A stretch of DNA of 64,000 nucleotides from an uncultured bacterium. GTDB lineage: Bacteria > Armatimonadota > UBA5829 > DTLH01. Below, piece by piece: positions 1 to 8,922 of this stretch (position 1 is the stretch's first letter; each line of letters begins with the position of its first letter). Where the stretch lies: positions 70,840 through 134,839 of the forward strand of contig CAZCCV010000003.1 in NCBI GenBank assembly GCA_964497515.1, in the 5' to 3' direction. The notes under the pieces were generated by a model. It saw only the letters and a program-made list of their open reading frames with translations, was not told where the DNA came from and did no database searches. Position numbers and translations under genes: made by a program.

Positions 1-510
1 TAGTATGGAATCTTCCCATGCAACTATTGAAAGAACAATAGGAACTATCTTCGTATCCCCGCCTATATACTGTAGAAACGGAAGCTGTACTTCAATGGAG
101 TGCTCATATATGTGGGCTCTTGGGTCTTCTTCAACCAGGTTCGTTGTGCGGATGATAGACTCTGCTACTTCTCGCTCTATCTCCACATCGCCGAGGGGAG
201 TTGCCCATTTTTCGCTCTTTACGGTAGCTGCTGTAGCTCCGAATCCGCGGTGGTTGGGGCCGATAATCACTACGGTATCGGGGATTCCGTCGTCGGCGAG
301 TTCGGCGTAGGCAGATGCTGCTGCGTAGCCGGAGTATTTGAATCCCGCATGTGGAGCTACCAGTCCTACTATATCACGAGTGACAAACGGCGCTTGCTCT
401 GGCAGCCGTCCGGGTCCGTACGGCCCCAGAAAACACGCATCCAGCGTTGCCCTGAGATCGTCGGGGTTCTTTTCGTAGAACATTCCTGCAACCGATGGCT
501 GTCGGATCAT
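1..510 (-). CDS. MEMO1-family protein (AmmeMemoRadiSam system protein B); N-terminus complete, C-terminus cut by window edge
   Basis: Minus-strand frame opens at ATG 508-510 behind a GGAGGTGGAG RBS. Translation MIRQPSVAGMFYEKNPDDLRATLDA...VAPHAGFKYSGYAAASAY carries the MEMO1 family AG-FYP and PHAGY-YSG motifs. Absent from the ORF track only because no in-window stop exists. Confidence 0.7.
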   Translation of the reverse strand, partial: MIRQPSVAGMFYEKNPDDLRATLDACFLGPYGPGRLPEQAPFVTRDIVGLVAPHAGFKYSGYAAASAYAELADDGIPDTVVIIGPNHRGFGATAATVKSEKWATPLGDVEIEREVAESIIRTTNLVEEDPRAHIYEHSIEVQLPFLQYIGGDTKIVPIVLSIVAWEDSIL

Positions 511-621
511 TTCTCCACCTCCAGACGCTTCTTTGTGCAGTCAGTATAGCCCCATAAAGGCGGGATTGCCAGTCTTAAGCAATATTAACCTGGTAATTCT
601 ACCGGATTTTGCCAGCTTTTC

Positions 622-638
622 TTGTCAACGCTTGACAA
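622..638. promoter_or_regulatory. perfect 7-3-7 inverted repeat TTGTCAAcgcTTGACAA (candidate operator) overlapping a -35 box
   Basis: Read directly. Sits in the divergent region between the MEMO1 gene and the PEP-CTERM gene. Confidence 0.4.
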
Positions 639-660
639 CATACAGAGCGTCTGCTACATT
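632..660 (+). promoter_or_regulatory. sigma70-like promoter TTGACA-17nt-TACATT
   Basis: -35 TTGACA at 632-637, 17-nt spacer, -10 TACATT at 655-660. Would start a plus-strand transcript about 590 nt upstream of the PEP-CTERM gene. Confidence 0.45.
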
Positions 661-1253
661 GTCATCGTAAGCGATAGTAGAGCGGCATAGGGTGCATAGC
701 ACCTAAATGAAGCCGCCGAATGATACTTGGGAAAGGGGAATCGAAGCCAGGGAGTAACACGCCAGATGCGGTTGCCGTTTTTTCTGGGCGTTCCCGCGGC
801 GCAGACTCCAAGCTTCTTAAACCTCCACTTCCATCTATCGACCGCCAGAGCAACATTTAGCTTTTGGCACAACCAGGCAGAGTTGCCAGCTTCTCTTAAA
901 GGAGGTTGACAACGGTTAGTTTGCAGGCTATACTTCGTTTACTACTGAGAGGTTGGCTGAATCTTGATTATGAATGAGCCTTTCTCCAGGCTCCAAACTT
1001 CAGACACCTCTAATTTGAATGAAACGACAGGTCGCGGAGGTATGGCGAACTAGCGTATCAGAACAATTAAGTCCTACATCTTGTGTTCATCCCCTGGCTT
1101 CTCTCGTGTCTCACACGTGTATTGGCATACTTCTTGCACAATATCTGAGTGAACATGAATTGCAAGCTCTACGGAAAGGGGGAACACTTCGTGAGCACAA
1201 GAATAAGCGATATCACCATCGCAAGAGGAGAAAAGAGAGGAGGAGGTGAAAGT

Positions 1254-1925
1254 ATGAAGAAAGTATTAGGAATCGCATTAGCATTGGTGTTTGCCTGCTC
1301 AATCGTAGCAATGGCAGCTCCTGCGGACGTATGGGTTATGCAGGTGCAGGGATCTGACGGGGAGGGTAGGAGCAAGGGTTCACTGGCTACCATTGGCTGG
1401 CAGCCTGGTAAGACTGACGGAATCGACGTGGGTGAGACGACCACAGTCCTTGATCCCCCGTTCAAGGGTACGACTGCTGTTTTCGCAATGGCACAGTTCC
1501 AGGGCACCGATATCTGGACCAAGACCGACTACAGAGAGCCGTTGGCGACTAACCCGGAACTTCCAAAAGTTTGGACGCTGGTTAGCTATACTTCGTCCAA
1601 TGAAGGACCTGAGATCGGTTGCCAGATGCTGACCTTCAAGGGCAGCGACAAGGCTCCCGCCGACTGGTCAGTATGGTTTGTCAAGGTAAGTTGGGAACTG
1701 GGTAGCACGGAGGCTGGTGGTGAGTACACCTCTGGTTCCGTTATATTCAACGCCGACAATCCGCTGACAACTGCCGGATGGGCACTGTATCTGCCGGAAG
1801 TTGGCAAGGATGAAGCACACTTCCTGAACGTTGAAGTGATGGCTGTTCCTGAGCCGGGTAGCATGCTTGCTCTCGGTAGTGGACTCGCTGGCCTCGTTGG
1901 CTTCGCGATCCGCCGCAGAAAGTAA
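1254..1925 (+). CDS. PEP-CTERM sorting-domain secreted protein (exosortase substrate)
   Basis: RBS GGAGGAGGTGA 4 nt before ATG. N-terminal signal peptide MKKVLGIALALVFACSIVAMAAP. C-terminus VPEPGSMLALGSGLAGLVGFAIRRRK is the canonical PEP motif plus TM helix plus basic tail. Confidence 0.8.
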   Translation: MKKVLGIALALVFACSIVAMAAPADVWVMQVQGSDGEGRSKGSLATIGWQPGKTDGIDVGETTTVLDPPFKGTTAVFAMAQFQGTDIWTKTDYREPLATNPELPKVWTLVSYTSSNEGPEIGCQMLTFKGSDKAPADWSVWFVKVSWELGSTEAGGEYTSGSVIFNADNPLTTAGWALYLPEVGKDEAHFLNVEVMAVPEPGSMLALGSGLAGLVGFAIRRRK

Positions 1926-1940
1926 TTCTAAACTAGTTCC

Positions 1941-1992
1941 GGGTTTATTTCCCGGCACTGAATTGCCGGCCGGGCGTCACAAACGCCCGGCG
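1941..1992 (+). terminator. two stacked GC hairpins (CCGGGtttatttCCCGG; GCCGGGCGtcacaaaCGCCCGGC) after the PEP-CTERM gene
   Basis: Read directly. The T-tract is weak (cccTTTc). Confidence 0.3.
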
Positions 1993-2256
1993 GCCCTTTC
2001 AGAAGCAAGTATAACCGATACACATTACCCCGCACCAGATGGGGATGCTGGAAAGGAGACCGCAACACACTCGAACTACACAATTGGGGCAGTCGGCAAA
2101 TCCCTGGTTGGCATCTCACTGTTTACTGCAATCATCTTACTAAGCACTTTTTCACTACGTGCAACTGGGACTTACAATGTTGACGCTCCCTATTGGGTGT
2201 GCTAATTTCCGAAATTGAGGAAGCAAGCGTATTTTGAGAGGGGGAGGTGACGTTTT

Positions 2257-2955
2257 ATGAAAACACTTACATCTACAAAGGATCACAAGAGAGGAGGTGA
2301 TATAATGAAGAGAGCAATAGCACTCGCGATCTTCGCAGTCGTAGTCCTTGGCGCTTGCGCCACGGCAGCCACTTGGGTGGAGAACTACTTTGTAGCCGGA
2401 GCATATCTGACATCTGTTCCGCTCGTTCCGCTCAACAGTGACCCAGAGGTGGTCTTCTCAGACCGCGACGGTAATCCAGTCGACATCGACGGTATTCTGT
2501 CTCGACTCGAGCCAGGTGCTGGTATGGTCGACTTCTCACCGTGGAGTGATGACTTCGGTGGCGTGCTTCTCGGCGACGGACTTGTGTTCCAGTCGCAGGG
2601 CACTTGGGTGAAGTATCAGGGTGTGGACGACGGTATTCCAGATGGCGTTGGCCAGATGACCGACATGTGGATTCCTCTGCCTGCAGACACCACGTGTATA
2701 GGTACACCGTTCAACCACAGCGTCGAGCTTATTGACGTTATGGTGACCGACGGTGCCCAGGTTCTGTCTTGGGAAGAGGCCGTTGCCGCTGGATGGGTTG
2801 AGCCAACACTCACCGGAATGGATCCTTACGGTTACTTTGACGTAGGTATCGATCCGTGGGATGAGTATCAGTCCATGGAGCCTTGGAGTGGTTATGTGGC
2901 TAAGAACATTACTAGCCCGCTCAAGCCACTCGCGCTGATTATCCCTGCGCAGTAA
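2257..2955 (+). CDS. secreted hypothetical protein (Trp/Asp/Gly-rich), signal peptide
   Basis: Two possible starts, each with a strong RBS: 2257 (GGGGGAGGTGA) and 2305 (AGAGGAGGTGA). Signal peptide MKRAIALAIFAVVVLGACATAA. No recognisable domain. Confidence 0.6.
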   Translation: MKTLTSTKDHKRGGDIMKRAIALAIFAVVVLGACATAATWVENYFVAGAYLTSVPLVPLNSDPEVVFSDRDGNPVDIDGILSRLEPGAGMVDFSPWSDDFGGVLLGDGLVFQSQGTWVKYQGVDDGIPDGVGQMTDMWIPLPADTTCIGTPFNHSVELIDVMVTDGAQVLSWEEAVAAGWVEPTLTGMDPYGYFDVGIDPWDEYQSMEPWSGYVAKNITSPLKPLALIIPAQ

Positions 2956-3052
2956 TCGCTGCGTAATCAGCAAATCATACTGCGATGCAGTAAAAGAAAG
3001 CAGAAATCCGGCCACTACGAAATCTATTGAGAGGGGCTGTGAGTCCCTTGTA

Positions 3053-3093
3053 AAAAGGGGTGGTTGCATAAAGCGGCCACCCCCTTGTTTTTG
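3053..3093 (+). terminator. rho-independent terminator
   Basis: Stem AAGGGGTGG/CCACCCCTT with a 14-nt loop, followed by GTTTTTG. Confidence 0.6.
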
Positions 3094-3212
3094 AATCCTG
3101 CACCCTGGCCTCTTACTACCAGTACCGTGAACATTCTGCGGAGTTGAATCGTCTGCAATAATAGAGGTAATCCTTCATAGTTACCGCTGATGGGATCGAG
3201 GAGAAGAAGCTG

Positions 3213-3686
3213 ATGATTAACAGAAACCTCAAAACACTGCTCATGGTGTGCGCAGTCGCCATAATAGCCTTACCGTGCCTCGCAGCCGGTCCGGCTCCGC
3301 TGGCGATGAACAACAAAGCTATTGGTGGCGGCCCGCTCAATGACTTCACTCCGGGTGTTACTAACGGCACCGGACTTAACAACATTGGGCTTCTGGTAAG
3401 AACTACCGGTAAGGTCACATATGTAGACACCACCAACAAGTTCTTCTACATAGACGATGGTTCTGCTCTGGAGGATGGCACTACTAACGCGCTGGGCGAG
3501 CTTGTGCTCGGCGTACGTGTCTCCTACGCCAATCTTGCGCCGGGAGCGTCGTTTATCTGCCCTTCCTTTGGAACCTACTGGGCCATAACCGGTATCAGCA
3601 GCACAACGCAGATTAGTGTAAGTGGCGGCGATGTAATAATCCCGACGCTTCGCCCGCGAAATAACGCCGACAAAACGCCTGTTTAG
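3213..3686 (+). CDS. secreted hypothetical protein, signal peptide
   Basis: RBS GAGGAGAAGAAG. Signal peptide MINRNLKTLLMVCAVAIIALPCLAAGPAP. No known domain recognised. Confidence 0.55.
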   Translation: MINRNLKTLLMVCAVAIIALPCLAAGPAPLAMNNKAIGGGPLNDFTPGVTNGTGLNNIGLLVRTTGKVTYVDTTNKFFYIDDGSALEDGTTNALGELVLGVRVSYANLAPGASFICPSFGTYWAITGISSTTQISVSGGDVIIPTLRPRNNADKTPV

Positions 3687-3696
3687 GATTAGAGGA

Positions 3697-4641
3697 TTAT
3701 TCCAGTTCGGAGACTTTTACCGGCTCTAAGCCTTTGTCTCTTAGCTGATCTATCATTGTAGGAAGGACGTCGACTGTAGGCCAGCTCCCACAGTGCATAA
3801 GCACGATTGCTCCAGCTTTCGCGCGATCCTGCACACGCTGGTTTATCTCTGCAGCTTCGATGCCCTTTTTGAACGCATCCCAACTGTCCGCCGACCAATA
3901 CACCGATTTGTAGCCAGCCCCGGCAGCTACCTCAAGCACCCTTCGATTCCGTGCGCCATAGGGCGGTCGAAAATACGGCTTAGTGCTCGTGCCGGTGGTC
4001 TCCTTAACCAACTGCTCCGTCCGTTCCAACTGCTCAACTATCTGCTGATCGGTCACCTTTGTAAGATCGGGATGCGAATACGTGTGGTTCCCGATTTCAT
4101 GACCTTCTGCAATGATCCGCTTGGTGAGCTCGGGGTTCTGCTCTACCCATTTCCCGGTAAGGAAGAACGTAGACTTAATGTCCTTGTTTGCAAGCACATC
4201 GAGGAGTGCAGGCGTCGGTTTCGAGCTTGCTCCCGCGTCAAACGTGAGCGCGATTCGGCCACTATCGTTCGCCACTTGCTGCATCTCCGGCGAAGCAGTG
4301 GACTTTTGCACCTTCACAGGTTTGGCAGGTTCAGCCGGCTGAGACTGCTGCTTCTGGGATTGGTCGGAACCCGGATTCACCGACACCGTAGGCGGAGAGT
4401 CTTTCTCCGAAGATTGGGCTTCGGCTCCGTCTTTCTCTTCGGTAGTCGGTGGTTCTTCCTGCGGTGCAGGCTTTGTTATCTGTGTCGGTTCTGGCGCTTG
4501 CGATGATGGCGCCTGCGGTTCCTGCCTGGCCGAGCACGACGACAGAAGAATCAGTGCCGTAAAGGAGACTACTGTGATGATGACTATTGATAGAAGGGTT
4601 TGGAGCCTGCTCGATGCACAGGCTCCTATTCTTGCGAACAA
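3697..4641 (-). CDS. polysaccharide deacetylase (NodB-homology/CE4) lipoprotein with Pro/Glu/Gln-rich linker
   Basis: C-terminal NodB domain (TFDAGASS...HEIGNHTYSHP...). Preferred start is TTG at 4639-4641 (RBS AAGAGGT 6 nt upstream), giving signal peptide plus lipobox LLSSC. The longest ORF runs to 4665. Confidence 0.7.
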   Translation of the reverse strand: MFARIGACASSRLQTLLSIVIITVVSFTALILLSSCSARQEPQAPSSQAPEPTQITKPAPQEEPPTTEEKDGAEAQSSEKDSPPTVSVNPGSDQSQKQQSQPAEPAKPVKVQKSTASPEMQQVANDSGRIALTFDAGASSKPTPALLDVLANKDIKSTFFLTGKWVEQNPELTKRIIAEGHEIGNHTYSHPDLTKVTDQQIVEQLERTEQLVKETTGTSTKPYFRPPYGARNRRVLEVAAGAGYKSVYWSADSWDAFKKGIEAAEINQRVQDRAKAGAIVLMHCGSWPTVDVLPTMIDQLRDKGLEPVKVSELE

Positions 4642-4645
4642 AATC

Positions 4646-5956
4646 TTACCTCTTGGTCTTTGCACCGCTGCCCTGTGCGGTAACGCCGCTTCGCGCGCCT
4701 TTCATCTTATCCTTAAGCACGCTTACAGCCTTCTTCAACTGCACGTCCTGTGCGAGGTCGCCGAGTTCGATAGCCTCTTCGCTGCTCGCCACATAGACAT
4801 CCGGCTTAACACCCACTTTGTTGATGTCTCTGCCTTTAGGCGTCAGATACTTTGCTGTAGTAATGGCGATTGCTGAACCGTCAGTCAGCGGGGAGACGGT
4901 CTGAACTCGAGCCTTGCCGTAGGTATCGGATCCAACGAGCGTGCCAGACTGATTGTCCTGTATCGCGCCTGAGACTATCTCCGACGCGCTGGCGCTGGAC
5001 TTATCGACCAATACCACCAGCGGCAGAGTCTTGCGGCCGCGCCTGGACGGATCGACGTTCAATACGTTCCGCTTTCCGCTGCGCTCTTCGATGATTACAA
5101 CCGGACCGCTGTCGATAAATCGGCTGCCGATACTAACCGCAACCGGCAACAGTCCGCCTGGGTTCTGTCTGAGGTCGAGCACCAGCCCCTTCATCTTCTG
5201 CTTGTTGAGATGGTTCAGCGCCTCTTCCATCTGGTCGTCGCTGTGTTCGTTGAAGCCGTAGAGCCTCACGTAACCGATGCCGTTCTTCTCGTCCAGCATC
5301 TTCGATCGAACCATCCTGAACTCTACCATCTTGCGGATTATAACCACGTTTCGCGGCTTCTCGTTGCCGTTTACGAGTGTAAGGGTGACCTTAGTGCCCT
5401 CCTCGCCGCGTATCCGTTTTACTACATCGTCTATATCGAGACCTGCTATCGATTTGCCATCTACTCGCAGGATGATATCGCCCGCCCTTACCTTGGCAGC
5501 TATAGCAGGACTGTCCGGCAGCGGCTCCTTGATGTAAACCTGCTCATTCTTGTTTACATCCAACTGCGCACCGATTCCAACGAAGTTGCCCTGGTTCTCT
5601 TCACGCATCTGCTTATAGGCGTCGGGGTCGAGGAAACGGGTGTAGGGGTCACTCAGCGATGCCAGCATACCCCGAATGGCGCTGTATGTCATCTGGCGAT
5701 CGTCGATCTTTTGCCCGGACGGGCCAAAGTAGCTGTCCCTCATCCGACCGAGAACATCGTAGTATGTCTGAAGCACCGGGAGTTCTACTTCGGAGTCGTT
5801 CCCTAACTCCAGCTTGCTGCTTAGCTGCTGTAGCTGCGATGCAAACTCCGTAACACTGCCTCGCGACGCGCCAACCTCCGGCGTGACAAAGCCAATCAGA
5901 AAGGCAACCACTATTATAAGGCTGACTACAACTATGCGGAATATCTTCTCGTTCAT
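4646..5956 (-). CDS. ctpA: carboxyl-terminal processing protease (S41, CtpA-like) with PDZ domain
   Basis: N-terminal TM helix, PDZ domain (GIGAQLDVNK...GDIILRVDG), S41 catalytic region. Lies 4 nt upstream of the deacetylase gene. Confidence 0.8.
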   Translation of the reverse strand: MNEKIFRIVVVSLIIVVAFLIGFVTPEVGASRGSVTEFASQLQQLSSKLELGNDSEVELPVLQTYYDVLGRMRDSYFGPSGQKIDDRQMTYSAIRGMLASLSDPYTRFLDPDAYKQMREENQGNFVGIGAQLDVNKNEQVYIKEPLPDSPAIAAKVRAGDIILRVDGKSIAGLDIDDVVKRIRGEEGTKVTLTLVNGNEKPRNVVIIRKMVEFRMVRSKMLDEKNGIGYVRLYGFNEHSDDQMEEALNHLNKQKMKGLVLDLRQNPGGLLPVAVSIGSRFIDSGPVVIIEERSGKRNVLNVDPSRRGRKTLPLVVLVDKSSASASEIVSGAIQDNQSGTLVGSDTYGKARVQTVSPLTDGSAIAITTAKYLTPKGRDINKVGVKPDVYVASSEEAIELGDLAQDVQLKKAVSVLKDKMKGARSGVTAQGSGAKTKR

Positions 5957-5962
5957 AATAGA

Positions 5963-7393
5963 CTATCCCTTGCCTTTGCCAGCAACGAGCAGTTCCATAG
6001 CGCGTTCCAGCTGAATGTCGGAGCCATCGGCTTTGCCCGCGGCTACGAACACGTCTGGAACGAGCCCCATGCCCCGGTAGTCTCCGCTCTTCGGAGTCAG
6101 ATACTTGCCAGTGGTCATTGTGAAAGCGGAACCGTCTTTGAGCGGCACAAACGTCTGCTGCAGATTGGCTCCGGTTGTCCGCTCGCCTACAATCTTCGCT
6201 CCGGCACCATCCCTGATCGCAGCGGCCAGAACTTCCGAGAGACCGTAGCTTGCACGGTTAACTAGCACAACTATATCGTTTTCCCAAATGACATCTCTTT
6301 TCGATGTTGCTCTTAGCGTTCGCTGCTTGCCATCGGCAATTCGAAGGATCGACAGAACCTTCTCCGGGACAAAATCTGCAGCCATCGCCTGAGCGCTCTC
6401 TAACGTGCCTCCGGCGAAATCGCGAAGGTCAAGAACGATCGACGTTGCGCCGCGGGTTTTCAGATCGGATACAGCCCGATCCAGCTTTGCTACAGCCGAT
6501 TTGTTCATCAGGCCAATGCGGATATACCCAACTGAGGGTTTGATCATCCTGTAGACCACAGGGTCTATACGTGTTTCAGCAGATGGGACACTCACCTTGA
6601 TGGGTTCAGCAACTTCTGAGCGGGCTATGGTAAGAGAAAACGACTTTTCGGTTTCGCTTGCCAGCGTATCCTCAGCCTGTCTGAAAGAGATTCCATCTTT
6701 GATGTGCTTGTTTTCGGCTTCGAGCTGCTTTCTGAACTCGTTTTCAGTCATCTGTCCGTTGCGGACGGCTTTGATCATCTTCTCGACTCGCTGGAACGGA
6801 TCGTAGGAGAGTATAGACTTGCCGTCTACATGGGTTATGATGTCGCCAGACTGCAATCCCGCTTTATTAGCCGGGCTTCCGGGCAGCACGCTTGCTATCA
6901 TCAACTTCTCTTCGGAGATGTCGCCCTGCTTTTCCTGCCGTATTAGAGTAATTGCCCCAATACCGTAGAACCTGCCTTCAGCGGCATCTGTCACGACCTC
7001 AGCCTGTTTGACGTTGTAGAATCTCGTCAGCGGATCGTGCAGGGAGTCCAGCATATTCTGAATTGCACCGTAGGCAAGGTCGCGTTCCTGGGACTTCTTT
7101 ATGGGTTCTACATACTCCCCACGTACGCGCTGCAGGACTTCGTAGAAGACTTGCAGCGGTCGCAAATCGACGTCGGAGCGTATTCCAACATCCGTAGACG
7201 ATGACTCGCGCGCATACGCAGTAAGCGAACGATGCGCACGTAGAGATTCCTGAGCTCTTGCGATGGGGCCGTGCTTGTCGACAAGAAACCGTGTGAAGCA
7301 TCCCGCAACCATAGCCACAACGATGAAGACGACAAGGGCGATTTCGTGTTTGCGCATTATTACCGTTTCTCTCTTGGTGTGATATTCCACCAT
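5963..7393 (-). CDS. second carboxyl-terminal processing protease (S41) paralogue with PDZ domain
   Basis: S41 architecture (TM, PDZ GIGAITLIRQ...GDIITHVDG, catalytic domain). Lies 6 nt upstream of ctpA. Alternative start at 7357 (MRKHEIALVV). Confidence 0.75.
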   Translation of the reverse strand: MVEYHTKRETVIMRKHEIALVVFIVVAMVAGCFTRFLVDKHGPIARAQESLRAHRSLTAYARESSSTDVGIRSDVDLRPLQVFYEVLQRVRGEYVEPIKKSQERDLAYGAIQNMLDSLHDPLTRFYNVKQAEVVTDAAEGRFYGIGAITLIRQEKQGDISEEKLMIASVLPGSPANKAGLQSGDIITHVDGKSILSYDPFQRVEKMIKAVRNGQMTENEFRKQLEAENKHIKDGISFRQAEDTLASETEKSFSLTIARSEVAEPIKVSVPSAETRIDPVVYRMIKPSVGYIRIGLMNKSAVAKLDRAVSDLKTRGATSIVLDLRDFAGGTLESAQAMAADFVPEKVLSILRIADGKQRTLRATSKRDVIWENDIVVLVNRASYGLSEVLAAAIRDGAGAKIVGERTTGANLQQTFVPLKDGSAFTMTTGKYLTPKSGDYRGMGLVPDVFVAAGKADGSDIQLERAMELLVAGKGKG

Positions 7394-7460
7394 GTCTCAC
7401 AGACGCAGACGGTCGTTTTGGATGACTGCATCGGAACAAAATGTGTGACAAATAGAGAAC

Positions 7461-7488
7461 ATGCGAAAGCCATTTGAGGCTTTCGCAT
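7461..7488 (-). terminator. 11-bp hairpin ATGCGAAAGCC/GGCTTTCGCAT, about 130 nt downstream of the NA37-like gene
   Basis: Read directly. Followed on the minus strand by T-rich GTTCTCTATTTGTCACACATTTT. Confidence 0.35.
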
Positions 7489-7615
7489 CCTTCCGTATTA
7501 TACCACAGAGCAGGCCACTGTCAAGAACAAATGCTCGCATTGTGTGAACAGATCGGGTTCACAATCGGTGCAGATCAACCTGCTATGAGTTCAGTATTCC
7601 ACAGGTAGACACACA

Positions 7616-8605
7616 TTACTTCTGATAGAACTTGCTGGATTCTATCACTATTCTGGTCTTGCCATCTTCGGACTTCGGGAGCACTTGAACAATGCCGTCT
7701 ATTGCATCACTTGGCCCTGCAACAACTACTCCATCATCCAGAACATATGTAGTCTTCCGCGACTGTCTCTCGGCCCACTCGCGATCGGGGACAAACTGCA
7801 TTTCGGTGAGCCCTTTGTCGAGCATACGCCCTATATATTCATCGCGCATAAGAGAGTTAGGAATAACACGTTCCGACAGTTCATCAAGGTCGATGAAATC
7901 TGATTGAGTCTCTTCGCGAACGGCTTGCGATATTTCGCTCACCAGCTCGGCGCTCATATTCTCCGCGTTGGCGTCCAGGAACTTGGCAGTCTCTCCGATG
8001 ACGATTTTGGTTAACTGCCGCGGAGTGGCAATTTCGTCACACTCCAGAAAATCCGCTGTCCAGAAACTATCGTCGGAACTGGCTCTAAACAGCAAATCAT
8101 AACGAGCTTCTTCGTCGTAGAATCGTATTATCGCCCACGTCATCAACCCGTGTGCAGCATCTGGTAGCACGAGGATCTGCTGAAACTCTCTTTCGGTATC
8201 CGGGCGAAGATACACGCGCATAGGGTCGAGCTTCAACAAGGCCACATATCGGTTGTCGGTCTCTTCATCTCTGAAGGGCAGGATAGCCAGGTCTACAGTG
8301 ACTCCGCTCTCTTTTGACACCACTTTCTGTAGATTCCACGCTATTTCCTGTGATACTTCCCTGAAACAGCCGGGCCCTTCCTCAATGATTTTGCCACACG
8401 CTGCCGCAACTGAGCTTTCCGACGAAGCGAACTTTCCCATCCGTAGCTGGCTCGACTTCAGGCAAGATCTAATGTGATCCTCAAAATATCTCCGCAAATC
8501 CTCGTCGAGCACCAGTGGCTCGTCTGCGATGCTCGGAGTCTCGAAAGCACTGTCTGCGGTATGAACTATGGCCCATTCCAGGTCCACGTGTTGAATTGAC
8601 TGCAT
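7616..8605 (-). CDS. nucleoid-associated protein, NA37 (YejK/NdpA) family-like
   Basis: 329 aa from ATG 8605 (RBS GGAG). Length and residue pattern (AIVH...PL.L...L..YFE.HI; LLKLDPMRVY; LTKIVIG) resemble pfam04245 proteins. Assignment rests on memory of YejK, not a search. Confidence 0.45.
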   Translation of the reverse strand: MQSIQHVDLEWAIVHTADSAFETPSIADEPLVLDEDLRRYFEDHIRSCLKSSQLRMGKFASSESSVAAACGKIIEEGPGCFREVSQEIAWNLQKVVSKESGVTVDLAILPFRDEETDNRYVALLKLDPMRVYLRPDTEREFQQILVLPDAAHGLMTWAIIRFYDEEARYDLLFRASSDDSFWTADFLECDEIATPRQLTKIVIGETAKFLDANAENMSAELVSEISQAVREETQSDFIDLDELSERVIPNSLMRDEYIGRMLDKGLTEMQFVPDREWAERQSRKTTYVLDDGVVVAGPSDAIDGIVQVLPKSEDGKTRIVIESSKFYQK

Positions 8606-8694
8606 ATTGTTTAATCTCCTCGTGAGAAAAGTAGTGGGGCACACGAATCCGATACCAGAAAAACCAGTCGGATTTGCAGGTGGCGTTCGGGATG

Positions 8695-8922
8695 CTAGAT
8701 TTGCTTCTGGAATCGCATGAACTCGGAGCTATCAACAATAACGAACGGTTCACCCTTCGTTTTGTCCTCACGCTCCAAATATACTTCACCTTCGCGAACG
8801 CCAAGGAAGATAAGCAGCTCTCCAGTTGGCGATTTCACTTTGTCCATACGTGTGATTCCAAAGATCGAAGGGCCTGTTCCCGTCATATACTCTCGTCTTT
8901 GCACAGCTATAGGTTTTTGCAA
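8695..8922 (-). CDS. small hypothetical protein (75 aa), TTG start
   Basis: Very strong RBS AAGGAGGT 6 nt before TTG at 8920-8922. Same strand, 89 nt upstream of the NA37-like gene. No recognised domain. Confidence 0.4.
   Translation of the reverse strand: MQKPIAVQRREYMTGTGPSIFGITRMDKVKSPTGELLIFLGVREGEVYLEREDKTKGEPFVIVDSSEFMRFQKQI

Noticed and set aside
100-549. 149-aa plus-strand ORF (and 5-310)
   Set aside because: It lies antisense to the well-supported MEMO1 gene, whose RBS and family motifs are on the minus strand. It has no RBS and a low-complexity Cys/Ser-rich translation.
654-909. Short overlapping ORFs (654-872, 662-856, 727-909) in the 700-bp leader
   Set aside because: They overlap one another, have no RBS, and show arginine/proline-rich composition typical of random GC-rich frames. 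The region is better explained as non-coding regulatory RNA.
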